From: Clostridia bacterium
Lineage (GTDB): Bacteria; Bacillota; Clostridia; Christensenellales; Aristaeellaceae
Direction of reading: 5' to 3'
NCBI GenBank assembly: GCA_045617125.1
Contig: JAZLIA010000114.1
Location: 3,690-35,689 of the forward strand
DNA length: 32,000 bases
Under the pieces are notes generated by a model. That model was given only the letters and a program-made list of their open reading frames with translations, did not search any database and was not told where the DNA came from. Positions 13,533-21,854 of the stretch are shown here, one piece after another. The position numbers were made by a program, and so were the translations under genes. Each line of letters opens with the position of its first letter. Position 1 is the stretch's first letter.

Positions 13533-16418
13533 TCAATCGAGCGGCAGATTGAATTCTTTACGTTTGATCCTGATCTCCTCGTTGATGGTGCGCGAGTAGG
13601 TCAGCAGTGATTCACGCGGATCGATCTTTTCGTTGATCACCTTACGGATCGCGTTGGTGATATGACGGGTGGTGGAATAGCCGCCTGCGATCTCAGGGAA
13701 GCCGCGGGTACTGCTCCGCTGCTCCTCCAGTACCGTCAGCTGACTGGTGGACCAGGCCAGCTGCCTGAGCGCTTCCTTATTGGCGGTCTGGTAACGGGCA
13801 CTGGCGCCCAGCACGCTTTCCATTTCGCGGCCGAATTCCACCTGACTTTCCGTGCCGACCCACCACTTCATGAACTCCCAAGCATTCTTTTTCACGGTTT
13901 CGTCATCGGTTTTGATCATCATGCAGCAGGTACCGTTGGAATGCACTGTGCGGTCGATCGTGCCGTCCGCCTTCAAGGTTCCGGGGAAGAGGGTGAAATC
14001 CCACAGCCCGCGGATCTCAGGAGCGGAGACCATCAGTGTGTTATAGGTGGAATAGCCTGCCACTCCCAGCGGCATTTCTCCGGAACGGAAACGGCTTACA
14101 AAGTCATACACCATAGGCAAGCCGTAATCGTTGTAAAGGCTGGTATACATCTTGAAAGCCTTCACACCGGCTTCGTTGGAAATGAGTGTCTTTCTCGCCA
14201 GGTCATCATAGATATCTCCCCCGTTCTGATACACCAGGGAATTGAAAATACTGATATCAGCCAGGGTAATATCCGGGAAAGGAACACCCACAGTGAGGCT
14301 GTTGCCCTGAATCGTAGGAAGCTCGGCGATCAGCTCATCCCAGGTCTGCGGAACTTCCAGCCCCAGTTCCTCCAGAACATCCTTGCGGTAGAAGAGCAGG
14401 CTGAAGTTCTGAGTTTCAGGCAAACCGAAAACGCCCTTGTGTTCACCGTTGTTATAGGTGAGCGGGTCCAGTGCGCTCTGCTCAAAAACACTGGCCACTT
14501 CGGCATAGTCTTCAAACTGGGTCAGATCCTCCACCGCGTTGCGCATGGCATAGTTAACGGCAAACCAACCGTCCACGCTCAGAACGATATCGGGACCATT
14601 CCCGGCAACAACGGCTGTCAGGATCGCGTCAGCGGCCACCAGCTTCACGTTGACCTTGATCCCGGTCTCCGGAGTGAAGCTGTCGTCCACCATGGTCTTC
14701 AAAATGGTACTCTGGTCACGGCCTGTAACGATCCAGATATCAATGATGTTGTCTTCATTGGCATCGTATTTGTCGCCCAAAGAGTTATAATCCACAAAGT
14801 AGGAACTGAGACAGCTCCTGATCTCATGCACCGCCTTCATGAAGAAGTTTTCATCCACAGAAGGGATCTTGGCATTTTCTCCGGTTACCATGATCAGATC
14901 CACATCCAGCTTGCTTTCGGACATATTCTGCATCGCGGTGCCCAGAGAAGTAATGTTATCCTTAAAATTGGTAAAGGATTCGGTTATGCGGTCATTGTCG
15001 CGAACAAACTGTTCAAGCTGAACGGCCATGGTCTGGGCTACGGCGATACGGTCGCTCTTCTGGCCCGTCGTGGCTACAGTTTCATCCACGATCCTGTAAA
15101 GGCGCTTGCTCTCCAGATCCATCGCCTCAAGCACTTCGGGATACACCGTTTTCAGGTTATAATCGCGGAAACGGTCGGGATTGACGCCAGTCAGAACCAG
15201 CAGTTTGCGGTAGATCTGGTTTAGGCGGTAGATACTGTCTTCCACTTCATTCAGCACCGGGCCCATGGCGCCCAAAGTGACCTCCATACGGATCTTATGG
15301 CTGCCCGCAGTAAGATAGAAGCGGAAAGGATCCCCTTCCTTGTTGCTCAATGTCACCATCTTCCAACCTGTGCTGTAGGAAAACTCAACACTGCTCAGAT
15401 CGGCAAACGGGATCTCATTGTCGATATAAATACTGCGGCAGCTCAGAGCACCGCGCTGATACACCTGTCTTGCCTTGATGGAAATGTTGTAATAGCCATC
15501 CTCAGGGACTTCAAAATTCCACTCGATCCACTCATTGGGATGCGTCCAGGCATCGCCGCCGATGTAGTTAAGCACCGTGCTGGTAACAGAATAAGGTTCG
15601 GTGACAGAAGAGGAACGGTCATATTTGGGGAAAAGACTGGGCTGGCTGCGCAGCACGGCATGCTCGCCCTGTACCTTCACGCTGCAGTTCCTGCCCGCTT
15701 CGGTCATATTCACCTGCGGCTGCGCCGCGAGATACTCTTCATAGGTTATGTATTTTACGGGAGGAAGCAGCTCGATCCCGCACACCACCATCGGCTCATT
15801 CACAGCCTTCATGGTCAGCGTGTTTTCACCTTCTTCGAAATAGAAACAATAGGGCTCATTCTGATAGCCCATATCATCCTTGCAGAAGGCCTGCTGAATG
15901 CCGAATACTTCCTTTTGGCTGGGGCGGATCTCGTTGCCCTGATTATCGGTACGCACTTCGCTCTTGTCAGTCCACATCCTGCTGAAACACAGCGTGCTGG
16001 CGCCGGTGAAAGGCAATTCACCATTGATCCGGATCTCGCGCTCAATATCCACACCGCGGCTCTGAGTGGTTAGATAATCAAGACGGATATTATAAAGGCC
16101 CGCCTGCGGTACATTCACTTTCCATGTCACTTCGGACCGGTCCAGGGTCAGCACGCCCTCGTCCTGAGAAACGGCGTCTCCCTCATATGCAAACACGTCA
16201 ACAGCAACCGGACCGGATACCGGTGCGGCATCGCTGTGTGCTGCAAGATAAGCCGTGTAGGTGTTGCCCCTTCCGATGCCTTCCGCCTCGGTGCTGAGAT
16301 CACACCCCTCATACTTGACGCTGAAATCGTTGTCTCCCCGGCCTGCGAGCCAGATGAGCACGACCGCAGCTGCCACGATCAGAACGCCCAGAATAATTCT
16401 CCGTACCTTCTTTGACAT
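13533..16418 (-). CDS. Giant (961 aa) membrane-anchored extracellular solute-binding protein with two tandem CBM-like beta-sandwich modules
   Basis: N-terminal signal-anchor RRIILGVLIVAAAVVLIWLAG with no lipobox Cys. Residues ~30-218 and ~240-383 are an internal duplication (VTWKVNVPQAGLYNIRLDY..RG....EIRINGELPF versus IEWNFEVPEDGYYNISIKA..RG....SIYIDNEIPF). A helical linker spans ~385-540. A family-1 SBP fold runs from ~558 to the end (IDIWIVTGRDQSTILKTMVDDSF...). Confidence 0.85.
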   Translation of the reverse strand: MSKKVRRIILGVLIVAAAVVLIWLAGRGDNDFSVKYEGCDLSTEAEGIGRGNTYTAYLAAHSDAAPVSGPVAVDVFAYEGDAVSQDEGVLTLDRSEVTWKVNVPQAGLYNIRLDYLTTQSRGVDIEREIRINGELPFTGASTLCFSRMWTDKSEVRTDNQGNEIRPSQKEVFGIQQAFCKDDMGYQNEPYCFYFEEGENTLTMKAVNEPMVVCGIELLPPVKYITYEEYLAAQPQVNMTEAGRNCSVKVQGEHAVLRSQPSLFPKYDRSSSVTEPYSVTSTVLNYIGGDAWTHPNEWIEWNFEVPEDGYYNISIKARQVYQRGALSCRSIYIDNEIPFADLSSVEFSYSTGWKMVTLSNKEGDPFRFYLTAGSHKIRMEVTLGAMGPVLNEVEDSIYRLNQIYRKLLVLTGVNPDRFRDYNLKTVYPEVLEAMDLESKRLYRIVDETVATTGQKSDRIAVAQTMAVQLEQFVRDNDRITESFTNFKDNITSLGTAMQNMSESKLDVDLIMVTGENAKIPSVDENFFMKAVHEIRSCLSSYFVDYNSLGDKYDANEDNIIDIWIVTGRDQSTILKTMVDDSFTPETGIKVNVKLVAADAILTAVVAGNGPDIVLSVDGWFAVNYAMRNAVEDLTQFEDYAEVASVFEQSALDPLTYNNGEHKGVFGLPETQNFSLLFYRKDVLEELGLEVPQTWDELIAELPTIQGNSLTVGVPFPDITLADISIFNSLVYQNGGDIYDDLARKTLISNEAGVKAFKMYTSLYNDYGLPMVYDFVSRFRSGEMPLGVAGYSTYNTLMVSAPEIRGLWDFTLFPGTLKADGTIDRTVHSNGTCCMMIKTDDETVKKNAWEFMKWWVGTESQVEFGREMESVLGASARYQTANKEALRQLAWSTSQLTVLEEQRSSTRGFPEIAGGYSTTRHITNAIRKVINEKIDPRESLLTYSRTINEEIRIKRKEFNLPLD

Positions 16419-16534
16419 GAGTTCATCTCCCGTTTCGCCGCCGGACAGCAGCGACAGTTTTCACACGGCAAGTCAGTCTTCCCAACATGAAAAGCAAATA
16501 AAAAGCACCAACTTGCATTAATAAATCATCAATT

Positions 16535-16563
16535 ATTATACATATTGCTCAAAAATCTGTCAA
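16535..16563 (-). promoter_or_regulatory. Perfect consensus sigma-A promoter of the 12-kb transporter operon
   Basis: The minus strand reads TTGACA (16563-16558), 17 nt spacer gatttttgagcaatatg, TATAAT (16540-16535). Implied leader of about 110 nt to ATG 16418. Confidence 0.75.
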
Positions 16564-16574
16564 TATTTATATTG
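16561..16574. promoter_or_regulatory. 14-bp palindrome overlapping the -35 box (candidate operator)
   Basis: CAATAT-tt-ATATTG is a perfect 6-2-6 inverted repeat. Its left arm shares 3 nt with the -35 hexamer. The AT-rich context makes chance palindromes fairly likely. Confidence 0.3.
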
Positions 16575-16648
16575 AGATACATCTGTTATCATATTTTACT
16601 ATTCTCTTAAATCTTTATAACAATCGTCATTTCTGAGTTTGTCCGGAG

Positions 16649-16654
16649 TATAAT
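16649..16654 (+). promoter_or_regulatory. Candidate -10 box for the GH10 xylanase gene
   Basis: TATAAT lies 31 nt upstream of ATG 16686. There is no good -35 at 16-18 nt (TCATTT), which may indicate activator dependence. Confidence 0.3.
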
Positions 16655-16685
16655 AAAAAGGAAAAAAGGATCGGAGGGCCCCTTC

Positions 16686-18245
16686 ATGAAACGGTTCGTT
16701 TCACTTATCTGCGCTTTGCTGATCGTTTTGTCCGCTTCGTCCGCACTTGCCGGTGAAGAGGGAACGATGTGGGATTTTGAGGATCTGAAAAATCCCGGCT
16801 TTTACAAATCCGGCGCCTGTCGCTACAGTGTTGAGCCTTTTCCGGATGACAGCGGTTCCTGTGCCCTGCATGTTTCTGAACGCACAGGAGACGGTTCGGG
16901 GGCGCTGGATATCCGCCCTGCCTCTCTGGATCTCCGTTTGGGAGACACGGCGTATATCTCAGTGCTTTTCCGTCAGGATTCTGTTCCGCAATGTGATTTT
17001 TCCCTGTACCTTACCTCGGATAGATCCGTTCCGCTGCTTTCCATCACCGCAGAACAGGGAAAATGGGCTGTGCTTCAGGGAGAATTGACCCTCAGCGACA
17101 ATTCAAACCTGCATTTTGCTCCTTCTGAGCAATTATCCGGACAGGATTTCTGGCTGGACCGGTTGGAAGTGCGTCTTCTTTCCCATGCCGTCAAAGAAGA
17201 AAGCGGCTACAGCCGCTGGCCAAAGGAGATCCCATCTCTCAAGGAGCTTTGCCGGGATCATTTTCTTTTCGGCGGTGCCGCGGCAGGGCTCGACCTGAAG
17301 GATCCTTCCCGGATGGATTTCTATGCCTCCCAGTTTGCAATCCTGACGCCTGGAAACGAGCTCAAGCCGGATTCGGTATTTGACCGTACCGCCAGTCAGC
17401 GCGCGGTGAAAGAAACCGGTGATGAAACACAGGTGCGGGTCCGTTTGAATGCGGCAAAGCCTTTCCTTGACTTTTGCGCATCTCAGCATATTCCCGTTCA
17501 TGGACACACCCTGCTGTGGCATAACCAGACTCCATCCGATTTTTTCCGTCTTGGTTATCTTTCCTCCAGTGAAATGGCGGACCGGGAGATCATGCTGGGA
17601 AGGATGGAAAACTACATTCAGGCTGTAATGGAGATCACCGAGCAGCAATACCCCGGCCTTATCGTCAGCTGGGATGTGGTGAATGAAGCCATTGACGATT
17701 CCACAGGCCAACTTCGTGAAAACGTGAGCTGGTACCGCACCGTTGGCCCGGATTATGTGGAAAAAGCATTTGAATTTGCCAGAAAATACGCAAGAGAGGA
17801 TATCCTTCTGTGTTACAACGATTATAATTCCGCCAATTTTCCCAAATCCAAGGGAATTCTGGAATTGCTGAACACCCTTGTTAAGCAGGACAACATTGAC
17901 TGCTATGGCTTCCAGGCTCATTACGAAACCAACAACCCCACAGTAAGCATGGTGGAAAGCATGTTCCGGAAGGTGACCGATCTGGGCCTGAAGATCCGGG
18001 TGAGCGAAATGGATGTGAAGGTGACCACAGTAACTCCCCTGGGATTTGAACAGCAGGCTAAAAAATACCGGGATCTGATGGAATTGTTCCTCCGTTACGA
18101 ATCTTCCGTTGTCGCAGTACAGACCTGGGGCGGAACGGATGACACCAGCTGGCGTTCTTCCGATCGCCCCTTGCTTTTCGCGGCCTACGGAGAACCCAAG
18201 CCCGCCTTCTGGGCCGTCGCAGGGCTGTTTCAGAAAACAGAATAA
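16686..18245 (+). CDS. Secreted GH10 endo-1,4-beta-xylanase with N-terminal CBM22 (CBM_4_9)-like module
   Basis: RBS ggaggg 7 nt upstream. Signal peptide MKRFVSLICALLIVLSASSALA. GH10 hallmarks: GHTLLWHNQTP, WDVVNEA (acid/base Glu), CYNDYN, GFQAHY, IRVSEMDV (nucleophile Glu), QTWG. The first ~160 residues form a beta-rich CBM-like domain. Confidence 0.92.
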   Translation: MKRFVSLICALLIVLSASSALAGEEGTMWDFEDLKNPGFYKSGACRYSVEPFPDDSGSCALHVSERTGDGSGALDIRPASLDLRLGDTAYISVLFRQDSVPQCDFSLYLTSDRSVPLLSITAEQGKWAVLQGELTLSDNSNLHFAPSEQLSGQDFWLDRLEVRLLSHAVKEESGYSRWPKEIPSLKELCRDHFLFGGAAAGLDLKDPSRMDFYASQFAILTPGNELKPDSVFDRTASQRAVKETGDETQVRVRLNAAKPFLDFCASQHIPVHGHTLLWHNQTPSDFFRLGYLSSSEMADREIMLGRMENYIQAVMEITEQQYPGLIVSWDVVNEAIDDSTGQLRENVSWYRTVGPDYVEKAFEFARKYAREDILLCYNDYNSANFPKSKGILELLNTLVKQDNIDCYGFQAHYETNNPTVSMVESMFRKVTDLGLKIRVSEMDVKVTTVTPLGFEQQAKKYRDLMELFLRYESSVVAVQTWGGTDDTSWRSSDRPLLFAAYGEPKPAFWAVAGLFQKTE

Positions 18246-18261
18246 ATGTTTTCCCCATGAT

Positions 18262-18292
18262 AAAAAGCATCGTCTGCGGGCGATGCTTTTTT
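18262..18292. terminator. Bidirectional rho-independent terminator between the xylanase gene and glgB
   Basis: aaaaagcatcg / cgatgcttttt stem with loop tctgcggg. An A run precedes it and a T run follows it. It sits between convergent stops at 18245 and 18322. Confidence 0.85.
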
Positions 18293-18321
18293 ATAAGAAG
18301 AGATCCTTTCTGTCCTTTTGA

Positions 18322-20367
18322 TCAGGGAACCAGCCGCTCTGTCTTTTTCTCCGGTATTTTTCCGATCACCAATGCACACCTGCAGGGTATATAGATCGTA
18401 AAGCCGCTTCCCTTCCCCGGAACCTCTCCTGAATGATACACGGTTGTCCTGTCGATCCGTTCCTGACCTCCAAATTCAGGAGTATCTGTAGAAAAGATCA
18501 CCCGGTAATCCCCTGCTCCCAAAAGATGCGTGTGCACGAAGAAATCCGTTTCGGAATGCACAGTATTGAAATTGAATACATAGATCAGCTTTCCCTTGCA
18601 GAAAGAGACGATCCTTTTTTCCTGGTCGATCCACAGGTTCACAGCTTCCTTTTGCCTGAGTACCTTATGCGCAGAAGCAAACTTCAGCATTGCCCTGTCA
18701 AAATTCTCCAGCCAGCTGTATTTCAGATATCCATTTTCCACAAGAGACCATTGACGGCGGGCATACTTGTAGCTCCATCCATTTCCCTCCCGCGGAAAAT
18801 CGATCCACTCCGGATGTCCGAATTCATTCCCCATGAAGTTCAGATATCCGTCTCCCGCCAGAGACAGTGTCACAAAACGGATCAGCTTATGCAGATCCAC
18901 AGCCCGGTCGATCACAGGAGAGTGGTACATTCTATCCATTCCGGTGTACATTTCAGCATCCGCCATACGGAAAATGAGCGTCTTGTCTCCTACCAGAGCC
19001 TGATCATGAGATTCAGCATACGCAATGCACTTTTCCTGTGGGCGTCTGGTAGTCAGTTCATACCACAGGCGGAACATGTCCCAATCCTCATCCCGATATT
19101 CCTTGAGAAGACGTATCCACAGATCCGGCAAGCCCATACTGAGCCGGTAGTCAAAACCGTATCCTCCCTTTTCCACGGGGATGCACATGCCAGGCATACC
19201 GCTCATTTCCTCCGCCACCGTGATCGCGCCAGGATCCACCTGATGGATCAGCATATTGGCAAGGCGCAGATAACAGAGGGCATCCAGATCCGTATTCATG
19301 CTGAAATACTGGGAATAATCCGTAAAAGCACAGCCCAGGCCATGATTCTGATAGATCATCGATGTGACACCGTCAAACCGGAACCCGTCAAAATGAAAAT
19401 CCTCCATCCAGTACTTCAGATTGCTCAAAAGAAAATGGAGCACCTCCGGACGGGCATAGTCAAACAGACGGGTCTTCCACGCAGGGTGCCACCCACGATC
19501 TCCAGAAAGAAAATACTGCCCATCTGTGCCATCTTGCCGGTTCAGTCCTTCCCCTTCATTCGGGCAGGCATGAGAATGCACCACATCCAGCAATACTCGC
19601 AGGCCCAGGGCATGAGCCCGGTCGATCAGGTATTTCAGGTCATCCGGTTCGCCATACCATCCGGAGGGAGCAAAAAAGTTGGTGACCTGATATCCAAAGG
19701 AAGCATAATACGGATGTTCCGCCACAGCCATCAGCTGCACGGTATTATAGCCCAGGTCGCGGATCCTGATCAGATTCCGATCAGCAAACTCCCTGTAGCT
19801 CCCGATTCCTTCTTTTTCCTGAGCCATCCCGATATGCGCTTCATAGATCAGGGGCGGTTCTTTTTTCCGTTCCCGATAGCCCGCATCGCTCCACTCGTAG
19901 GATCTTTCCGGCTCCCACACCATGGCGCATAATGCCCCGGTCTCCGGATCATGGTGGGTGAAGCGTACATAGGCCGGGATCCTCTCAAAGCTATCCTCAC
20001 CGCGGCGCACCCACAGCTTGTAGAACATGCGGTGCTTTATTGCATCTTTTCCCGGAATAAACCCTTCCCACTCACCGTTATCCTTTCGGATGAGGGGAAT
20101 GCTCTTTTTATCCCAGCCGTTCATATCCCCGATCAGATGCACTTCATCCGCTCCGGGCAGCCATTCCCTGAATACCCAGCCGTCTTCCGTTCGATGAAGG
20201 CCGAAATACATGCTGCCGTTGGCAAAGGAATAAAGATCCTGTCCGCATCCCAGACGGTTCAGAATATCTAAGAACCGTTCTTCTCTCAGGGTAAGATTCT
20301 CCCTGTACGGTTTGAGCCAGGGGTCGATCCTGATCATCCAATCTGCTCCCGAAAGCGTTTTCTTCAT
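18322..20367 (-). CDS. glgB: 1,4-alpha-glucan branching enzyme (GH13, eukaryote-like ~680-aa type)
   Basis: GH13 conserved regions VLLDVVHSHA, FHFDGFRFDGVTSM, ITVAEEMSGMP, YAESHDQALVGDK. I start it at ATG 20367 (MKKTLSGADWMIRIDPWL) with RBS gaggagga. The longer track ORF overlaps the upstream gene. Confidence 0.9.
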   Translation of the reverse strand: MKKTLSGADWMIRIDPWLKPYRENLTLREERFLDILNRLGCGQDLYSFANGSMYFGLHRTEDGWVFREWLPGADEVHLIGDMNGWDKKSIPLIRKDNGEWEGFIPGKDAIKHRMFYKLWVRRGEDSFERIPAYVRFTHHDPETGALCAMVWEPERSYEWSDAGYRERKKEPPLIYEAHIGMAQEKEGIGSYREFADRNLIRIRDLGYNTVQLMAVAEHPYYASFGYQVTNFFAPSGWYGEPDDLKYLIDRAHALGLRVLLDVVHSHACPNEGEGLNRQDGTDGQYFLSGDRGWHPAWKTRLFDYARPEVLHFLLSNLKYWMEDFHFDGFRFDGVTSMIYQNHGLGCAFTDYSQYFSMNTDLDALCYLRLANMLIHQVDPGAITVAEEMSGMPGMCIPVEKGGYGFDYRLSMGLPDLWIRLLKEYRDEDWDMFRLWYELTTRRPQEKCIAYAESHDQALVGDKTLIFRMADAEMYTGMDRMYHSPVIDRAVDLHKLIRFVTLSLAGDGYLNFMGNEFGHPEWIDFPREGNGWSYKYARRQWSLVENGYLKYSWLENFDRAMLKFASAHKVLRQKEAVNLWIDQEKRIVSFCKGKLIYVFNFNTVHSETDFFVHTHLLGAGDYRVIFSTDTPEFGGQERIDRTTVYHSGEVPGKGSGFTIYIPCRCALVIGKIPEKKTERLVP

Positions 20368-20393
20368 CAACCTATCCTCCTCTGCCGGGCTGT

Positions 20394-20912
20394 TTATTCC
20401 CCCGGCATGATTCGCGATTTCCTCTTCACCCACACATCGATCTCATCTTTTTCCGGAGCCTGCCAAAGGCTCTCCATTTTTTGAAGAAGACCTTCATCCA
20501 CAAAAAAATCCGGTCCGCCCTCCCGCAAAACAGCTTCGTTCCGTCTGGCTATATTCTCCATCCGGGTATCGTCATCCGTATCCAGATAATGCCATTCCAT
20601 ATTCACTCCGGCATTTTTACAAAAAGCGGTAATCCGATCCCGGTCCTTTCTGGTCCAGAAGCCCCAGTCCAGAATCACATCTGAACCGGCGTGAACGATC
20701 TCACAGGCTTTCTTCATCAGATATTCATTGGCATTTTGGGCAAGCTCGTTATAGCTTTCACCCTGTTTGTTCCGGGTAAGCACCCAGGTCAGTTCATCGG
20801 TCGAAAGAATCACTCCGCCGTGCTCAGCCTGGAATCTTCGGGCATAATAGCTTTTTCCGCTGCAGATCTTTCCGCATATCGCTATGACTTTCTTTGTCTC
20901 ATTCATCTTCAT
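20394..20912 (-). CDS. P-loop NTPase / small-molecule-kinase-like ATP-binding protein (AAA_33-like)
   Basis: Walker A motif ICGKICSGKS and Walker-B-like VILDWG, about 170 aa. ATG 20912 (MKMNETKK) overlaps the dus stop by 14 nt. Confidence 0.7.
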   Translation of the reverse strand: MKMNETKKVIAICGKICSGKSYYARRFQAEHGGVILSTDELTWVLTRNKQGESYNELAQNANEYLMKKACEIVHAGSDVILDWGFWTRKDRDRITAFCKNAGVNMEWHYLDTDDDTRMENIARRNEAVLREGGPDFFVDEGLLQKMESLWQAPEKDEIDVWVKRKSRIMPGE

Positions 20913-21852
20913 TTTCCTGTATGATCCGGGATAAAAGTGCTTCCGACTGAAGAAGGGTCTCGGCACTCATCAATTGCGTACGCAGCCGGGCAGCGCCCCG
21001 CCTTCCCTTCAGATACCAGGCAAAATGCTTTCTCATCTCAATCACGGCAAAGCGCTCACCCAGCCAATCAGCCATCATCCTGGCATGCCGCATCGCAGTG
21101 TCCACCGTTTCCCGGCAGGAAGGAGGGGTATAGCTTTCCCCTTTCAAAGCACAGCCGATCTCCCGGAAAATCCATGGATTACCAAGTGCCCCACGGCCTA
21201 CTGCCACCCCGTCGCACCGGGTCTCATCCAGTATGCGCACCGCATCCGCCCCGGTCCACACGTCGCCATTGGCGATCACAGGAATGCTCACCGCTTTTTT
21301 TACCTCCGCAACAGCACGGTGATCCGCCCTGCCGGAATACATCTGGTCCCGGGTGCGTCCGTGCACTGTTCCGCCCGCAGCCCCCATTTCCTCGGTAATC
21401 ATCGCCAGTTCCCGGGCACAGATATGCTTTTCATCCCAGCCAAGACGCATTTTCACCGTGACCGGCAGATCCGTCGCCCGTACAGTCTCGCGAATGATTT
21501 TCCCCGCCAGAGGCAGATCCAGCATCAGAGCGCTTCCGCTGCCCCCGCCGGTCACCTTCCGGGCGGGACATCCCATGTTGATATCGATCGCTGTGAAACG
21601 CTGAAGACGCGTCAATGCTTCTGCCGCTTTTGCCATATAAACGGGATCTGTTCCAAAGATCTGAGCACTGAGCAACCCCTCTTCTGGAAGCCTGTCCGTT
21701 AGAAAACCGTAAGTCGACACCGTCTTTTTTGCTGTAATATAGCCCTGTGCACTGATCATTTCGGTCGTTGCCGCCGTGCAGCCCATTCCAAAGCACAGGG
21801 CACGGAAACAGCGGTCCGTGATCCCTGCCATCGGGGCAAGTGCGATTGTCAT
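20899..21852 (-). CDS. dus: tRNA-dihydrouridine synthase
   Basis: MTIALAPMAGITDRCFR, IDINMGCPARKV (catalytic Cys), TVHGRTRDQMYSG, NGDV, GRGALGNPWIF. The start at ATG 21852 lies 2 nt after the upstream stop, with ggag 8 nt upstream. Confidence 0.9.
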   Translation of the reverse strand: MTIALAPMAGITDRCFRALCFGMGCTAATTEMISAQGYITAKKTVSTYGFLTDRLPEEGLLSAQIFGTDPVYMAKAAEALTRLQRFTAIDINMGCPARKVTGGGSGSALMLDLPLAGKIIRETVRATDLPVTVKMRLGWDEKHICARELAMITEEMGAAGGTVHGRTRDQMYSGRADHRAVAEVKKAVSIPVIANGDVWTGADAVRILDETRCDGVAVGRGALGNPWIFREIGCALKGESYTPPSCRETVDTAMRHARMMADWLGERFAVIEMRKHFAWYLKGRRGAARLRTQLMSAETLLQSEALLSRIIQENEDE

Positions 21853-21854
21853 TT

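Noticed and set aside
20394-20912. The P-loop protein as a possible toxin or defence component (zeta-toxin-like kinase).
   Set aside because: There is no partner antitoxin-sized gene, nuclease, methylase or mobile-element context. It sits in a housekeeping operon between dus and glgB. The Walker A motif alone does not support a defence call.
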